In this document: piece after piece, positions 54,952 to 55,837 of the stretch
Position numbering within the stretch: position 1 is the stretch's first letter
Layout of the letters: each line of letters opens with the position of its first letter
DNA from: Actinomycetota bacterium
GTDB lineage: Bacteria; Actinomycetota; Acidimicrobiia; Acidimicrobiales; JAMCQF01
DNA: 55,837 bases
Direction of reading: 5' to 3'
Assembly (NCBI GenBank): GCA_023379605.1
Contig: JAMCQF010000120.1
Location: 1-55,837 of the forward strand
Position numbers and translations under genes: made by a program
Notes under the pieces: generated by a model
Database searches by the model: none
What the model was told of the DNA's origin: nothing
What the model saw: only the letters and a program-made list of their open reading frames with translations

Positions 54952-55005
54952 GCACAAGCCCTGAGCACACCAGGGCATCTTGGTGAGCACAAGCCCTGAG
55001 TACAC
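54947..55005. repeat. 24-nt direct repeat (ggtgagcacaagccctgag[c/t]acac), period 35, first copy spanning the tgt stop codon
   Basis: Read directly: 54947-54970 versus 54982-55005, with one mismatch. Confidence 0.93.
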
Positions 55006-55158
55006 ACGGCACACGGCAACTGGCCTGGCTCTTCGCCCAATTGGGAACATGCGCCACATCGGGCCAAAGGTTGAGCTAATCTCGAATCTGGTCAAGCCCG
55101 GATGAGGGCGCTGTCCCGCAGAGGGCGAGCCAGCTGAGCAAACCACGATGAGCTAACC

Positions 55159-55722
55159 ATGATTCCAGACATCTTCACATTCAGTGCAGCCATGATGGTT
55201 GCCGCAACTAAGGCTGCCTCCAAGACCGCTTCTGGCGGATCTGCTGCGTTCTCGCTCATCTTTTTGGCGCTAATCGTGGTCGTGGGCTACTACCTTCTGG
55301 TTCGTCCCCAGCGCCAGCGCGTCCGCCGCCAACAGCAGGAGTCCTGGTCGGTAGAGGTGGGAAACGAGATCCTCACCAGCGGGGGCGTGGTGGGAACGGT
55401 CGTGTCGATAGACGGAGACAGGATCACCTTGGAATCTGTCCCTGGGACTCGGTTCGTGATTGTGCGCCAGGCGGTAGCAAAGCGGATGGAACCTCAGATC
55501 CCCGATCCGCCCTTGGACGAGTGGGGGCTGCAGGACAGCGACGCTTCGGATGAAGAAGGCGACGGCGACCTGGACTTAGAGGACGAGCAAGAGGGGTCTC
55601 AGTCGTCAGTGACCCATAGCGAAAGCGAGGACTCTGCTGGCTACGAGCCGGCAGAGGCCGGCGATGACATGCCGGGCGGGGGTGAGGCAGCCGCTGAGGA
55701 AGCCGACGGAGAGGGCCGTTGA
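55159..55722 (+). CDS. yajC: preprotein translocase subunit YajC with an acidic C-terminal extension
   Basis: A TM helix followed by LLVRPQRQRVRRQQ and GGVVGTVVSIDGDRITLE (YajC core). About 80 aa of D/E/G/S-rich tail follows. The start could be a later Met (MMVAAT). Confidence 0.8.
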   Translation: MIPDIFTFSAAMMVAATKAASKTASGGSAAFSLIFLALIVVVGYYLLVRPQRQRVRRQQQESWSVEVGNEILTSGGVVGTVVSIDGDRITLESVPGTRFVIVRQAVAKRMEPQIPDPPLDEWGLQDSDASDEEGDGDLDLEDEQEGSQSSVTHSESEDSAGYEPAEAGDDMPGGGEAAAEEADGEGR

Positions 55723-55837
55723 AGCGGTCACACCTCGTCTCGGTCATCTTGAGCGCGGCAGTTGCCCTTGGAGCCCTGGGCGCGGTGCTAGCTGTGCGAT
55801 GGTCTCCTACCCTCGGCTTGGATCTTGAGGGCGGAAT
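55719..55837 (+). CDS. secD: protein translocase subunit SecD, N-terminal fragment (runs off the window)
   Basis: The TTG at 55719 overlaps the yajC stop (TTGA). Translation is KRSHLVSVILSAAVALGALGAVLAVRWSPTLGLDLEGG, that is, a TM helix followed by the SecD LGLDLxGG motif. Confidence 0.6.
   Translation, partial: MKRSHLVSVILSAAVALGALGAVLAVRWSPTLGLDLEGG

Noticed and set aside
1-55837. Mobile elements, prophage, defence or toxin-antitoxin modules
   Set aside because: No ORF resembles a transposase, integrase, recombinase, nuclease-helicase defence protein or small TA pair. All large ORFs are assignable to metabolic or housekeeping families, so I do not claim a novel system here.

Overview
This is a GC-rich chromosomal segment with clearly actinobacterial gene content: mshC, PI-synthase/PatA/PimA and an F420-type reductase. 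Its gene order mirrors the Mycobacterium thrS-HIT-pgsA1-patA-pimA ... pdxS-pdxT-yebC-ruvCAB block. I see three blocks. (1) 1-11.4 kb, minus strand: one tightly coupled alpha-glucan/trehalose operon, glgE, treS-pep2 fusion, malQ, glgB, treZ and the first codons of treY. (2) 13-35 kb: a cobalamin supercluster of about 22 kb in three transcription units. The first is cbiL-cbiF-cbiD-cobL-cbiGH-fdx-cbiC-cbiX (minus). The second is cobO-cbiA (minus). The third is a plus-strand unit led by a cobalamin riboswitch: cobU-cobS-cbiB-cobD-cobQ-cobN-chlID. (3) 35-55.8 kb: housekeeping genes, namely fabI/inhA, F420-dependent NADP reductase, mshC, thrS, HIT, an oppositely oriented EF-G paralog, pgsA, PIM acyltransferase, pimA, M48 peptidase, pdxS/pdxT, yebC, ruvC/A/B, queA, tgt, yajC and the start of secD. 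I found no transposase, integrase, CRISPR array, tRNA/rRNA or recognisable defence/toxin module, so I cannot point to a convincing novel multi-gene system. The things worth a second look are smaller. They include a B12 riboswitch whose 5' edge sits 4 nt from the divergent cobO start codon. The B12 cluster carries both early (CbiX/CbiD/CbiG) and late (CobN-ChlID) cobalt-insertion markers, has no CbiJ/CobK, and has an embedded 2x[4Fe-4S] ferredoxin and an antisense thioredoxin-fold gene. The cbiA P-loop lies upstream of every canonical start codon, with a possible CTGA-coupled start. A perfect 30-bp tandem inverted-repeat array sits in front of pgsA. ruvB is interrupted by a single in-frame TAG at a domain boundary. 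Several proteins have unusual low-complexity extensions. All product calls come from reading the supplied translations against remembered family motifs; no database search was run.
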